Positions 1-8,570 of a DNA stretch of 64,000 nucleotides are shown piece by piece (position 1 is the first letter of the stretch; each line of letters starts with the position of its first letter). The notes under the pieces were generated by a model. That model saw nothing but the letters and a program-made list of their open reading frames with translations, did no database searches and was not told the origin of the DNA. The stretch is from positions 7,627 to 71,626 of the forward strand of contig DJWJ01000033.1 in assembly GCA_002440965.1 (NCBI GenBank), written 5' to 3'. A program made the translations under genes and the position numbers. Source of the stretch: Candidatus Omnitrophica bacterium UBA6233. Lineage in GTDB: Bacteria; Omnitrophota; Gorgyraeia; Gygaellales; Profunditerraquicolaceae.

Positions 1-360
1 ATCTACACCTTCATAATGCCCGCAGATTAAAACCAAATGCTTGCATTTTACTAATCTTTTAGCAATTTTTTGATTTAATTTTTTCCCTTGCGGGCATAAT
101 AAAATAACTTTTGACTTTTGACTTTTGACTTTTGACTTTACGTGTTCCACTGCATCAAAAATTGGTTCCGGGCATAAAAGCATACCTGAACCGCCTCCAA
201 AAACCCGATCATCCACTTTATGATGCTTATCCTTGGTAAAATCCCTTAAATCGTGGATATGAAACTCGGCCTTACCCTTATCCTGAGCCCGCTGCATAAT
301 GGACTCATTTAACACTGGCTCAAACATTTTAGGAAATATGGTAATGATATCAATTCTCAT
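1..360 (-). CDS. trmD: tRNA (guanine37-N1)-methyltransferase TrmD, N-terminal part (gene runs off window start)
   Basis: Minus-strand translation from the ATG at 360-358 gives MRIDIITIFPKMFEPVLNESIMQRAQDKGK...VDDRVFGGGSGMLLCPEPIF, the classic TrmD N-terminus. It was not in the ORF track because it is truncated by the window edge. An in-frame (gtcaaaa)x4 heptamer run at 113-140 encodes a KSKVKSQK linker. Confidence 0.75.
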   Translation of the reverse strand, partial: MRIDIITIFPKMFEPVLNESIMQRAQDKGKAEFHIHDLRDFTKDKHHKVDDRVFGGGSGMLLCPEPIFDAVEHVKSKVKSQKSKVILLCPQGKKLNQKIAKRLVKCKHLVLICGHYEGVD

Positions 361-425
361 GTTTTAACTCATTATAGGATAGATAGCAGGCAGGATTACC
401 CTAAATGCTGCCTGCTATCTACTGC

Positions 426-1550
426 CTACCCGCCATTATAGTTACCTAAAAATTCTCTTTTGAACTCGCCAAAACTATTGTCCGCAATTGCCTTGCGTAT
501 TTTGCGCATCAAATCCAAAAAGAAATACACATTGTGTAGAGATAATAACGTCAACCCCAACATCTCCTGCGCGTTAAACAAATGACGAAGATACGCCCGG
601 CTGAAATTCCTACAACAATAACAGCCGCATTTATCGTCGAGCGGCCGAAAATCTTCGGCGAAAGGCGCGTTTTTAATAACGATCTTTCCGGTAGAGGTAA
701 AAGCAGTGCCATTCCTGCCGTAACGGGTAGGCACCACACAATCAAACATATCCACGCCCCGCTGGACTGCTTCAATTATATCCTGCGGGTAGCCTATACC
801 CATAGCATAACGCGGCTTATCCTGCGGAAGCAATTTCGCGGTGTAATCTAATATATTATAGATTAAATCGCTGGGTTCGCCAACCGAAACACCTCCGATG
901 CTAAAGCCATCGAAGTCAATATCAGTCAATTCCCTGGCGCATTCCGAACGTAAATCTTCGTAAGTAGCTCCCTGCACAATACCAAATAAAAATTGTTTTT
1001 TGGCAGGACTGTGTTTTATATGTTCATTTTTATGTTTAAATGAACGTTTGGCCCAGTTAAGCGTGCGTTGCATAGCCACTTCTGCCTGATCTTTAGTGCA
1101 AGGATAATGCACGCATTCATCCAAAGGCATCATTATATCCGAGCCTAAAACCTGCTGGATATCAATTACGTCTTCCGGCGTCAAAAAATGCTTAAACCCG
1201 TCGATATGCGACTGAAATTCCACCCCCTTATCGCTTAGCTTTCTTAAAAGCGCCAAACTAAATACTTGGTAACCGCCGCTATCAGTAAGAATAGGCCTAT
1301 CCCAGGCCATAAATTTGTGCAGACCGCCGGATTTACGGATAATTTCCATTCCCGGCCGCAAGAATAAATGATAAGTGTTAGAGAGCATGATTTCCGCGCC
1401 GGCATCTACTACATCTTTAGGATAAAGCCCCTTGATTGTGGCATGCGTGCCCACCGGCATAAAAACAGGCGTATTAATTACGCCGTGTTCGGTAGTAATT
1501 TTGCCTAACCGCGCTCCGCTGTTTTTATCCTGCTTAATTAATTCAAACAT
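426..1550 (-). CDS. tgt: queuine tRNA-ribosyltransferase
   Basis: 374 aa. MFELIK..GARLG.ITT.HG.I.TPVFMPVGT...LTDSGGYQV... is the TGT signature, and the length is typical. Confidence 0.9.
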   Translation of the reverse strand: MFELIKQDKNSGARLGKITTEHGVINTPVFMPVGTHATIKGLYPKDVVDAGAEIMLSNTYHLFLRPGMEIIRKSGGLHKFMAWDRPILTDSGGYQVFSLALLRKLSDKGVEFQSHIDGFKHFLTPEDVIDIQQVLGSDIMMPLDECVHYPCTKDQAEVAMQRTLNWAKRSFKHKNEHIKHSPAKKQFLFGIVQGATYEDLRSECARELTDIDFDGFSIGGVSVGEPSDLIYNILDYTAKLLPQDKPRYAMGIGYPQDIIEAVQRGVDMFDCVVPTRYGRNGTAFTSTGKIVIKNAPFAEDFRPLDDKCGCYCCRNFSRAYLRHLFNAQEMLGLTLLSLHNVYFFLDLMRKIRKAIADNSFGEFKREFLGNYNGG

Positions 1551-1946
1551 TTACTTATTCTTAGGTTCCAATTTTAACGTAAAAATAGTTTGTTGGAACG
1601 TCAACCTATTAAGTTTCTGAGGAATATCCGGATCGTGATCCTCGGCTACACCATCAACCAAAGTAAATCTAATCGCATTTCTTTCCGGTATATATATGTA
1701 ATCGCCGCTTTTTGCTTCAAGTGTCTTATTTTGGCTGCTGACTTTTATGCCATAGAGCTTATTTCCCTCTACTCTATCCACCAACACAGTATATCCGGCG
1801 AATTGCAAAGGCCTACCTGCCTTAAGCAATATCTTTCCTGCCAAGCCGGTAACAGCCGCGCCTCTAAAAATAAATATCGCTCCCCAGGCTATGGTAATAA
1901 TAATTAGGGCCGATACCGTTAAAGCAACGATCTTTTTCTCTTTCAT
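1551..1946 (-). CDS. hypothetical membrane-anchored protein (N-terminal TM/signal anchor)
   Basis: 131-aa ORF with a hydrophobic N-terminus (IVALTVSALIIITIAWGAIFIF). It is tightly packed between tgt and the DUF1330 gene. I recognise no motif. Confidence 0.4.
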   Translation of the reverse strand: MKEKKIVALTVSALIIITIAWGAIFIFRGAAVTGLAGKILLKAGRPLQFAGYTVLVDRVEGNKLYGIKVSSQNKTLEAKSGDYIYIPERNAIRFTLVDGVAEDHDPDIPQKLNRLTFQQTIFTLKLEPKNK

Positions 1947-2246
1947 CTATTCAGCCTTTCCTTCCACCATAATTGCCCTGGTAACCGTAGAGGCCTCTCT
2001 TAATATTGCAATTCCCTTATATTCCGGAGAATTAAGCCACTCTTTTACATTCTCTTGCGAGGGGAATTCAATTATTATTATCCTTTCCGGATTCCAATTA
2101 CCAAAGATAGAAGTGATTTTCCCGCCCCGAGTCAAATACCTGCCCTTATATTTCTCGACTATGGGACGAACTTGCTCAATGTACTTAGCGTAAGCCTCTT
2201 TATTCTCGTCCTTAGTCTTTATTTCTACAATAAAATATACTGCCAT
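1947..2246 (-). CDS. DUF1330 family protein
   Basis: 99 aa. MAVYFIVEIKTKDE..Y..Y...V.PIVEKYKGRYLTRGG..T...G.W.PERIIIIEFPS.E....W..SPEY matches the DUF1330 pattern. Confidence 0.6.
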   Translation of the reverse strand: MAVYFIVEIKTKDENKEAYAKYIEQVRPIVEKYKGRYLTRGGKITSIFGNWNPERIIIIEFPSQENVKEWLNSPEYKGIAILREASTVTRAIMVEGKAE

Positions 2247-2256
2247 ACTTATCTCT

Positions 2257-2364
2257 CTAATTCGAAGTTCCGCTAAAAATAATAAACAGAACAGTTACGG
2301 CTAAAATAATTACAATTACCGCAATATGAAAAAAATATTTATGCTTTATTATCCGCATCAACAT
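2257..2364 (-). CDS. possible 35-aa hydrophobic small membrane peptide (MLMRIIKHKYFFHIAVIVIILAVTVLFIIFSGTSN)
   Basis: My own translation of the minus strand in the DUF1330-queA gap. It has an ATG start and a single TM-like segment, and is too short for the ORF track. Speculative. Confidence 0.2.
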   Translation of the reverse strand: MLMRIIKHKYFFHIAVIVIILAVTVLFIIFSGTSN

Positions 2365-2537
2365 TCTACCTCTCCTCATTCACTATAGACCTTACGCGAG
2401 CCCTTGATTCTTAAATGACACTGGCGAGTTTATCCGTGAATGGAGATTTTAGCTATAGATATTTTTCCGAAGGATGTTGTGAGTACGCATTAGAAAATTT
2501 TAGAGCGCCGCGAACAACCACCCTAAAGAGCAAAATA

Positions 2538-3530
2538 TCAAATTATCAACATTGCATCGCCGTAGCTATAAAACCTGTATTTATCATCAACTGCTTGCTG
2601 ATACGCTTTTTTCATCAACTCTTCGCCGCCAAAGGCGCAGACGAGCATAAAAAGTGTGGTCTTGGGCAGATGAAAATTCGTCAGCAGGCAATTGACTAAT
2701 TTGAATTTGTAACCCGGATAAATGAATAAGTTTGTCGCACCCTCTCTCACACCATTCGCATAAGCCTCTAAGGCCCTTAGGGAAGTCGTGCCCACGGCGA
2801 TTATCCCAGATTTGCTCCGGGTAGCTTCTTCTATTTTTTCTTGCGTGGCTTTGGCAACCTGAAAAGCTTCCGGTTCCATTTTATGCTCGGTAATATCATC
2901 GGAGGTTACTGGCTTAAATGTGCCTAAACCCACATGCAAAGTTAAATAAGCAACATTAACTCCCGCTGCTTCTAAATTTTTCAGTAAATCTTTTGTAAAA
3001 TGGAGTCCCGCGGTTGGCGAAGCTATGGCGCCTTCTTTATTCGCGTAAACCGTCTGATAATATTCCTTATCCAGCTCTTCAGGCTCTCTCTTTATATAAG
3101 GAGGGAGCGGGACCTGGCCCAATTCATAGATCCTATCCGCATCACTTACCTTAAAAGAAATTTCCCAGCGGTTAGTCACGATCCCGCAGATTTTTTCATT
3201 CCCGAAATAAATCTTTTCTCCAACTTTAGTCCGACTGGGCTGAATAAGCGCGTCAAAGGTAGATCCGCTTTTGCGCTTAGTCAGCAAAATCTCAACCTTT
3301 CCTCCGGTAGCCTTATGCCCGATCAAACGGCAGGCAAGCACTTTCGTGTCATTTAAAACCAAGAGATCATTTTTCTTAAAATACGCGCTGATATCTTTAA
3401 ATGAACAATGCTTTATAGAGCCGCTAGAGCGCTCAACAACCATCAGCCTTGCTTCTTCTCTTTTCTCTAAAGGATACTGGGCAATTAAATCTTTAGGCAA
3501 GCCGTAATCAAAGTTAGAAAGTTTTAACAT
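2538..3530 (-). CDS. queA: S-adenosylmethionine:tRNA ribosyltransferase-isomerase
   Basis: 330 aa. MLKLSNFDY.LP..LIAQYPLEKRE..RLMVV... and ..TLHVGLGTF.PV... match QueA family conservation. Confidence 0.85.
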   Translation of the reverse strand: MLKLSNFDYGLPKDLIAQYPLEKREEARLMVVERSSGSIKHCSFKDISAYFKKNDLLVLNDTKVLACRLIGHKATGGKVEILLTKRKSGSTFDALIQPSRTKVGEKIYFGNEKICGIVTNRWEISFKVSDADRIYELGQVPLPPYIKREPEELDKEYYQTVYANKEGAIASPTAGLHFTKDLLKNLEAAGVNVAYLTLHVGLGTFKPVTSDDITEHKMEPEAFQVAKATQEKIEEATRSKSGIIAVGTTSLRALEAYANGVREGATNLFIYPGYKFKLVNCLLTNFHLPKTTLFMLVCAFGGEELMKKAYQQAVDDKYRFYSYGDAMLII

Positions 3531-4710
3531 CTATCCCCGGATAATAGTATTTCAAGATTTGTTCAACATTACGGCCGTCTTTAGCCATAAAATACGCTCC
3601 CCACTGACACAACCCCACCCCATGGCCCCAGCCAATCCCTTCAAAAACCGCGTCGCACCCTTCAATGCGCACGGAAAAATTAGCGCTCCTGATGGAATTC
3701 GGCCCGATTATCTCTCTGAAATCTTTAGCAGAGATTTTAAGCTCCTGTTTTTCCGATTTTATTATTAAGTTCGTAATTCTCCCTGAGGAATCCTTATTTT
3801 CTATTGCTATACTCTTAATATTCTTCACCTTAAAACCGGCGGCAGAGAGTTTTTCTGCGATTTCTTTTAAAGACAAGTCATAGTGCCAGCTATAATGCGG
3901 GGACTCCTTGCAAAACGGACAGACTACGCCTCTTAACGGAACCAGGTCTATCCCCCAGAGAATCGCCGCGTTCTCCGTATGGCCGCCGCAAGTGGCGTGA
4001 AAATAAGCCGGGATTATTTTACCCTTATAGAAAATAACCATACCTGCGGTTTCATCAACAGCAATACTGGTGCGGTAACGCTCGGAAACTTGCCCTCCGT
4101 AAACTTGAGAGTAAATATCGTTGGTTACGTCAAAATCCTTAGAAGTATTTTCCTGCATTTGATAAACCGCATAAGTCCGCGAAACGATTGCCTGAGCTTT
4201 AAGCGCCTCCATCGGCCAATAGTGCGAAGCCTCATGATACAGAATCCCCTTTATATAATCTTCCAAATCAATATGGTTAACTACCAGCAGCTTATTATTA
4301 CTCTTCCTGATAAGCTGGATATTTCCCCGGAACGGCTTGGAATTTATGGTAAAGGCCTGCGGATCATCGGACTCAATCAACAGGCTGTTGGAATCCGGCT
4401 TGATTCCCGCCAAATCGATGCCGTCCTTAGAAACAATAACTGTAGTATTAATGTTTCTGGCCCTATGGATAATCCTGCCTTTTTTAAGGTCCTTTATCTG
4501 AAAAAAACCCTTTATTCTTAGATTTAAAGCCGAGGTGTCCTGAATAATGGCTACGCGCACATTTCTCTCCGCGTAACAATCAAAAGTAAAAAGGCAGAAT
4601 GTGAAAGTCAAAACCACAAGTAAAAACTCAAAAGTTTTAACTTTTGGCTTGCGATTTTTAGTTTTTAGTTTTGATTTTTGAATTTTTTTCATTTTCGGGA
4701 AAATAACCAC
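3514..4710 (-). CDS. SpoIID/LytB domain protein (amidase enhancer-like)
   Basis: 398 aa with the SpoIID/LytB motif region ...YLKGILYHEASHYWPMEALKAQAIVSRTYAV... The lysine-rich, hydrophobic N-terminus is encoded by repeat-derived sequence at 4590-4700. Confidence 0.7.
   Translation of the reverse strand: MVIFPKMKKIQKSKLKTKNRKPKVKTFEFLLVVLTFTFCLFTFDCYAERNVRVAIIQDTSALNLRIKGFFQIKDLKKGRIIHRARNINTTVIVSKDGIDLAGIKPDSNSLLIESDDPQAFTINSKPFRGNIQLIRKSNNKLLVVNHIDLEDYIKGILYHEASHYWPMEALKAQAIVSRTYAVYQMQENTSKDFDVTNDIYSQVYGGQVSERYRTSIAVDETAGMVIFYKGKIIPAYFHATCGGHTENAAILWGIDLVPLRGVVCPFCKESPHYSWHYDLSLKEIAEKLSAAGFKVKNIKSIAIENKDSSGRITNLIIKSEKQELKISAKDFREIIGPNSIRSANFSVRIEGCDAVFEGIGWGHGVGLCQWGAYFMAKDGRNVEQILKYYYPGIDVKTF
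4575..4700. repeat. outer-arm module of family 1 alone (short palindrome), overlapping 5' end of SpoIID-like gene
   Basis: caaaagtaaaaaggc...gtgaaagtcaaaaccacaagtaaaaactcaaaagttttaacttttggcttgcgatttttagtttttagttttgatttttgaattttt. Confidence 0.6.
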
Positions 4711-4925
4711 ATTAATAAAGATAGTGCTATACTAATCAATATAGAAGTTGCCAAAGGAAAATAAAAGGAGAAATTCTTCTTTTGAATATAGATATCCCCC
4801 GGAAGCCTGCCTAGAAAAGGTATCTTTGGCAGGAAAAATAAAAACATCCCAACTGCAACTAGCAGAATCCCGAATAAAATCAGAATCTTGGCAATATCCT
4901 GCATATCGAGTATGTTAATTCCCAA
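4689..4925 (-). CDS. DUF2905 family small membrane protein
   Basis: 78 aa with two TM segments and the LGRLPGDI motif typical of DUF2905. Confidence 0.55.
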   Translation of the reverse strand: MGINILDMQDIAKILILFGILLVAVGMFLFFLPKIPFLGRLPGDIYIQKKNFSFYFPLATSILISIALSLLMWLFSRK

Positions 4926-5040
4926 TTACCGAAACCCAATGTCGAATAAAACCCCCTGCCTGTCGGTAGGCAGGCAATGATTCAATACCCCAATTGTAAC
5001 TTGGGATTTAATTAATTCATTCGTCATTGGGACTTGGATA
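4921..5040. repeat. palindromic element, family 2
   Basis: cccaattaccgaaacccaatgtcgaataaaaccccctgcctgtcggtaggcagg...ccccaattgtaacttgggatttaattaattcattcgtcattgggacttggatattgg. It contains an internal perfect hairpin cctgcctgtcggtaggcagg. Confidence 0.7.
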
Positions 5041-5569
5041 TTGGCTTTTTCACAGCGCGCTCTATTTCCGAATAAATACACCCGCAATATTTCTGGCAAT
5101 AAATACCTTTTGCGCGAGCTTGCGCGTGCGCTTTCCGGAAACCGGGCCGGAAATCCGCATAATAAAATTCCACTCCTTCATTGGCCGCTACATCTCTACC
5201 GATTTTCTTTAACAATTCCTGATCCTGATAAGGGCTGACCAAGAGAGTGGTCGAGAAATATTTAAAACCTCGAGCTTTGGCTCTCTGAGCTGTTTTCATA
5301 AGCCTTAAGCGCCAGCATATCGCACATCTTTCGGGAGACTCTTCCTTTAAATTGATTTCGCGAAAGAATTCCCGAGGAGAATAATCGGGATAGGCTATTT
5401 CAACTCCCGCGGCTAGAACGCCTAACGCGTCTTTTCTTCTTATATACTCTGCCAGCGGATGTATATTAGGATTATAAAAAAAACCGGTTACCCTAAAATT
5501 ATCGAGCGTTAATTTTTCCAGCGGATAAATCAGGCACGGAGCGCAACAGGTATGAAGCAGAATATCCAT
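5024..5569 (-). CDS. queH: epoxyqueuosine reductase QueH (DUF208)
   Basis: 181 aa. MDILLHTCCAPC at the N-terminus plus downstream conserved Cys residues. It sits with tgt and queA. Confidence 0.8.
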   Translation of the reverse strand: MDILLHTCCAPCLIYPLEKLTLDNFRVTGFFYNPNIHPLAEYIRRKDALGVLAAGVEIAYPDYSPREFFREINLKEESPERCAICWRLRLMKTAQRAKARGFKYFSTTLLVSPYQDQELLKKIGRDVAANEGVEFYYADFRPGFRKAHAQARAKGIYCQKYCGCIYSEIERAVKKPISKSQ

Positions 5570-6622
5570 CTAGAATAATTCTTTTTGCTGCTCTTTGGTG
5601 TAAACTTTACCGAAATGATCAAACGCAAGCTTTGTGGCGGTGCGGCCGCGCGGAGTACGCTTAAGATAGCCTGCTTTTAGTAAATAAGGTTCGACGGTAT
5701 CAGCGATAGTATCCACTTCTTCATTGAGGCTGGCGGCTATTGATTCCACCCCCACCGGCCCGCCGCTATAAGACTCCAATACCAGCTTGAGAACTTTACG
5801 GTCAAATTCATCCAATCCTGCTTTATCTATTCCCAAATCATCCAAGGATTTAGCCGCCATGCTTTGGCTGACTTTCGCTGCCTTAGCTACCTGAGCATAA
5901 TCTCTTATGCGCCTGAGGAGCCTGTTGGCAACTCTAGGGGTGCCGCGCGCTCTCAAAGCAATCTCTCCTGCTGCCGCATCTTCTATCTGGACCCCCAGAA
6001 TTTCCGCTGAATGTTTTATAATCTTTGCCAAATCTTCAACTTTATAGAAATCCAGATTATAGAATATGCCAAACCTTCCCCTTAGAGGAGCGGCTAATAA
6101 ACCGGTGCGAGTAGTAGCGCCTATCAGGGTAAAAGGCTTAAGGTTAAATTTTATTGTCTTTGCGTAAGGCCCTTTATCAATGACAAAATCTATCTGGAAA
6201 CCTTCCATTGCCGGATACAAGAATTCTTCCACCACTTTTGAAAGCCGGTGGATTTCGTCGATAAAAAGAATATCCCCCCGCTCAAGGTTGGTCAATATGC
6301 CGATCAGGTCTCCGGCGCGCTCAATTGCGGGCCCGCTAGTTGCGGTGATCTTTGCGCCCATTTCATGGGCAATGATATGCGATAAAGAGGTTTTACCTAG
6401 GCCCGGCGGCCCGCTCAATAAAACATGCTCCAGAGGCTCATTCCTCTGTTTGGCCGCCTGAATGGAAATCTTCAGGTTATCGACTATATCTTTATGCCCT
6501 ACAAATTCCGCAAACTTACTCGGCCTTAAAGAAATATTTAATACCGCATCTTCCTCGGATTCATTGCCATCAATTATATTCGGCGCCCCCCTAAGAAGCG
6601 CTTGCCTCTCCTCTGTGCTCAT
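5570..6622 (-). CDS. ruvB: Holliday junction branch migration ATPase RuvB
   Basis: LSGPPGLGKTSLSHIIAHEMG Walker A, an AAA+ fold and the RuvB C-terminal winged helix. 350 aa. Confidence 0.9.
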   Translation of the reverse strand: MSTEERQALLRGAPNIIDGNESEEDAVLNISLRPSKFAEFVGHKDIVDNLKISIQAAKQRNEPLEHVLLSGPPGLGKTSLSHIIAHEMGAKITATSGPAIERAGDLIGILTNLERGDILFIDEIHRLSKVVEEFLYPAMEGFQIDFVIDKGPYAKTIKFNLKPFTLIGATTRTGLLAAPLRGRFGIFYNLDFYKVEDLAKIIKHSAEILGVQIEDAAAGEIALRARGTPRVANRLLRRIRDYAQVAKAAKVSQSMAAKSLDDLGIDKAGLDEFDRKVLKLVLESYSGGPVGVESIAASLNEEVDTIADTVEPYLLKAGYLKRTPRGRTATKLAFDHFGKVYTKEQQKELF

Positions 6623-7352
6623 AGGGTATAATGTTCTCCTTGTTCCTTACGATTTCAATCTCCTGGAATAGCTCGGATTGCCGGGCAGTGATTTCCTTCA
6701 CTTTGATCAGCTCCAGCACTGCCAAAAACATCACGATTATTTCCAGCTTATTCTTGGCGCGGCCAAAAAGCTCGGAAAGTTTTACCTGCGGCTTTACCAA
6801 CAACAAATGGAGGATATTATGTGTTGCTTCCTCTACTGTAAATTTATCTTTGACTACTTCGTAAAAAACCTCTTTTGGGACATCCTTTAACGCCTGAGAA
6901 AAAGCGTTGATTAAATCAAAAATGCTTGCTTCAAAATACACTTCCTTATTTTTATCCTGATTTTTCTCAACCTCTGTTTTGGGACGTTTAAATACCTCGC
7001 GCTGGCTGGTTTCTTTTTCCCGCAGTTGGCCGGCTATTTCCTTAAACCTTTCGTATTCAAGTAACCGCTTGACTAATTCCTCGCGCGGGTCATCTTTCTC
7101 CTCTTCGCTAGTTACCCCTTCTTCCGCAGGAAGCAACATCTTGGATTTAATCTGCATAAGGGTAGCTGCCATCACCAAAAACTCCCCGGCTACATTCAAA
7201 TCCAGCATCTGCATCAAATTCAGATATTCCAGATACTGCTGAGTCACCTCAGCTATAGGAATATCATAAATATTCAAGTGGTCCTTTTTGACTAAATACA
7301 AAAGCAAATCTAAAGGCCCCTCAAACATCTCTAATTTTATCTTATAATTCAT
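6591..7352 (-). CDS. scpA: segregation and condensation protein A
   Basis: MNYKIKLEMFEGPLDLLLYLVKKDHLNIYDIPIAEVTQQYLEYL is the canonical ScpA N-terminus. 253 aa. Confidence 0.8.
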   Translation of the reverse strand: MNYKIKLEMFEGPLDLLLYLVKKDHLNIYDIPIAEVTQQYLEYLNLMQMLDLNVAGEFLVMAATLMQIKSKMLLPAEEGVTSEEEKDDPREELVKRLLEYERFKEIAGQLREKETSQREVFKRPKTEVEKNQDKNKEVYFEASIFDLINAFSQALKDVPKEVFYEVVKDKFTVEEATHNILHLLLVKPQVKLSELFGRAKNKLEIIVMFLAVLELIKVKEITARQSELFQEIEIVRNKENIIPYEHRGEASAS

Positions 7353-8343
7353 AAGTTAACTTGATTATTTCTTTTACTTCGGCAAGGACGGCCGAGGATA
7401 CGGCAATGGCTTTTTCATTGCCTCTCTTCAGCACTCTCTTTATCTTTTCTTTATCCTGCAAGAAATCTTGACGCCGGGAGTGGAATGGTTTTAACTTATC
7501 GATTAGGGCGCCGGATAACCTCTTTTTGCATTCGGTGCATCCGATTTCGGCATTAGCGCACCACTTATATGCCTCTTCTTTTTTGTCCGTAACGAATGTG
7601 GAAAAATACGCGTAAACATTGCAGGTATCCGGATGCCCTTTATCCGCCAGCTTTATACGCTTCGGGTCGGTAAACATAGTAGAAACCTTCTGCCGAATAG
7701 TTTCTTCGGAATCCGAAAGGTTTATCGTATTGTTATAGCTTTTACTCATTTTCCTTCCGTCAGTCCCCAACAGCCGCGGAACCTTAGTTAATATCGCATC
7801 CGGATAAGGAAATACATCTTTTTTATAAGTTAAATTGAAACGCCGGGCAATCTCGCGGGTAAGTTCCAAATGAGGGAGCTGGTCATCGCCTACAGGAACT
7901 TTATCCGCTTTATAAACTAGGATATCCGCTGCCTGAAGCACAGGATACCCCAGAAAACCATAAGTATTTAAATCCCTGGTTTTTATCTGGCGCATCTGTT
8001 CTTTATAGGTCGGGCAGCGCTCAAGTAGACCCAATGGGGTAAGGCAGGAAAATATCATATGTAAATCTAAATGGGCCCTTATTTCTGATTGAATGAATAA
8101 AGTGGATTTTTCCGGGTCAATCCCCGCGGCCAACCAATCCACTACATTATCAATGGCAAATTCAGCCATATTCGCTGTATTTTCATATTCGCTCATCAAA
8201 GCATGCCAATCCGCGACCATAAAGAAACAGTCATATTCTTCCTGAAGTTTTACCCAATTATCCAAAGCTCCGACTAAGTGGCCCAAGTGCAGCTTTCCCG
8301 TTGGACGCATCCCGCTTAATATTCTCTTTTTATCTGCTGCCAA
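7342..8343 (-). CDS. trpS: tryptophan--tRNA ligase
   Basis: 333 aa class I aaRS with HIGH-like (GKLHLGHL) and KMSKS motifs. Confidence 0.9.
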   Translation of the reverse strand: MAADKKRILSGMRPTGKLHLGHLVGALDNWVKLQEEYDCFFMVADWHALMSEYENTANMAEFAIDNVVDWLAAGIDPEKSTLFIQSEIRAHLDLHMIFSCLTPLGLLERCPTYKEQMRQIKTRDLNTYGFLGYPVLQAADILVYKADKVPVGDDQLPHLELTREIARRFNLTYKKDVFPYPDAILTKVPRLLGTDGRKMSKSYNNTINLSDSEETIRQKVSTMFTDPKRIKLADKGHPDTCNVYAYFSTFVTDKKEEAYKWCANAEIGCTECKKRLSGALIDKLKPFHSRRQDFLQDKEKIKRVLKRGNEKAIAVSSAVLAEVKEIIKLTYEL

Positions 8344-8360
8344 GATAATCCTCCTGATAT

Positions 8361-8570
8361 CAAATACTAAAACCCAAAATCAAATGTCAAAGCTCAAAAT
8401 TCAAAATAAATTTAAATGACAAATATCAAATGCTAAATCTTTGGTTTTGATATTTGTATTTTGAGTTTTGGATTTATTTTGGATTTTGAATTTTGTCATT
8501 TGAAATTAATCTTTTTGGTTTTAAATTGTGGTTTTGTCTTTTTACTTTTAACTTTTTACAGTTTTCTGGC
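8361..8570. repeat. palindromic intergenic element, family 1 (full-length, with tail module)
   Basis: caaatgtcaaagctcaaaattcaaaataaatttaaatgacaaa ... tttggatttattttggattttgaattttgtcatttg, plus the tail aaattgtggttttgtctttttacttttaac. Confidence 0.85.

Noticed and set aside
1432-2276. Plus-strand ORFs 1432-1620, 1590-1907, 1891-2193 and 2055-2276 lie across the tgt to DUF1330 genes.
   Set aside because: They are antisense shadows of the minus-strand genes. No conserved motifs.
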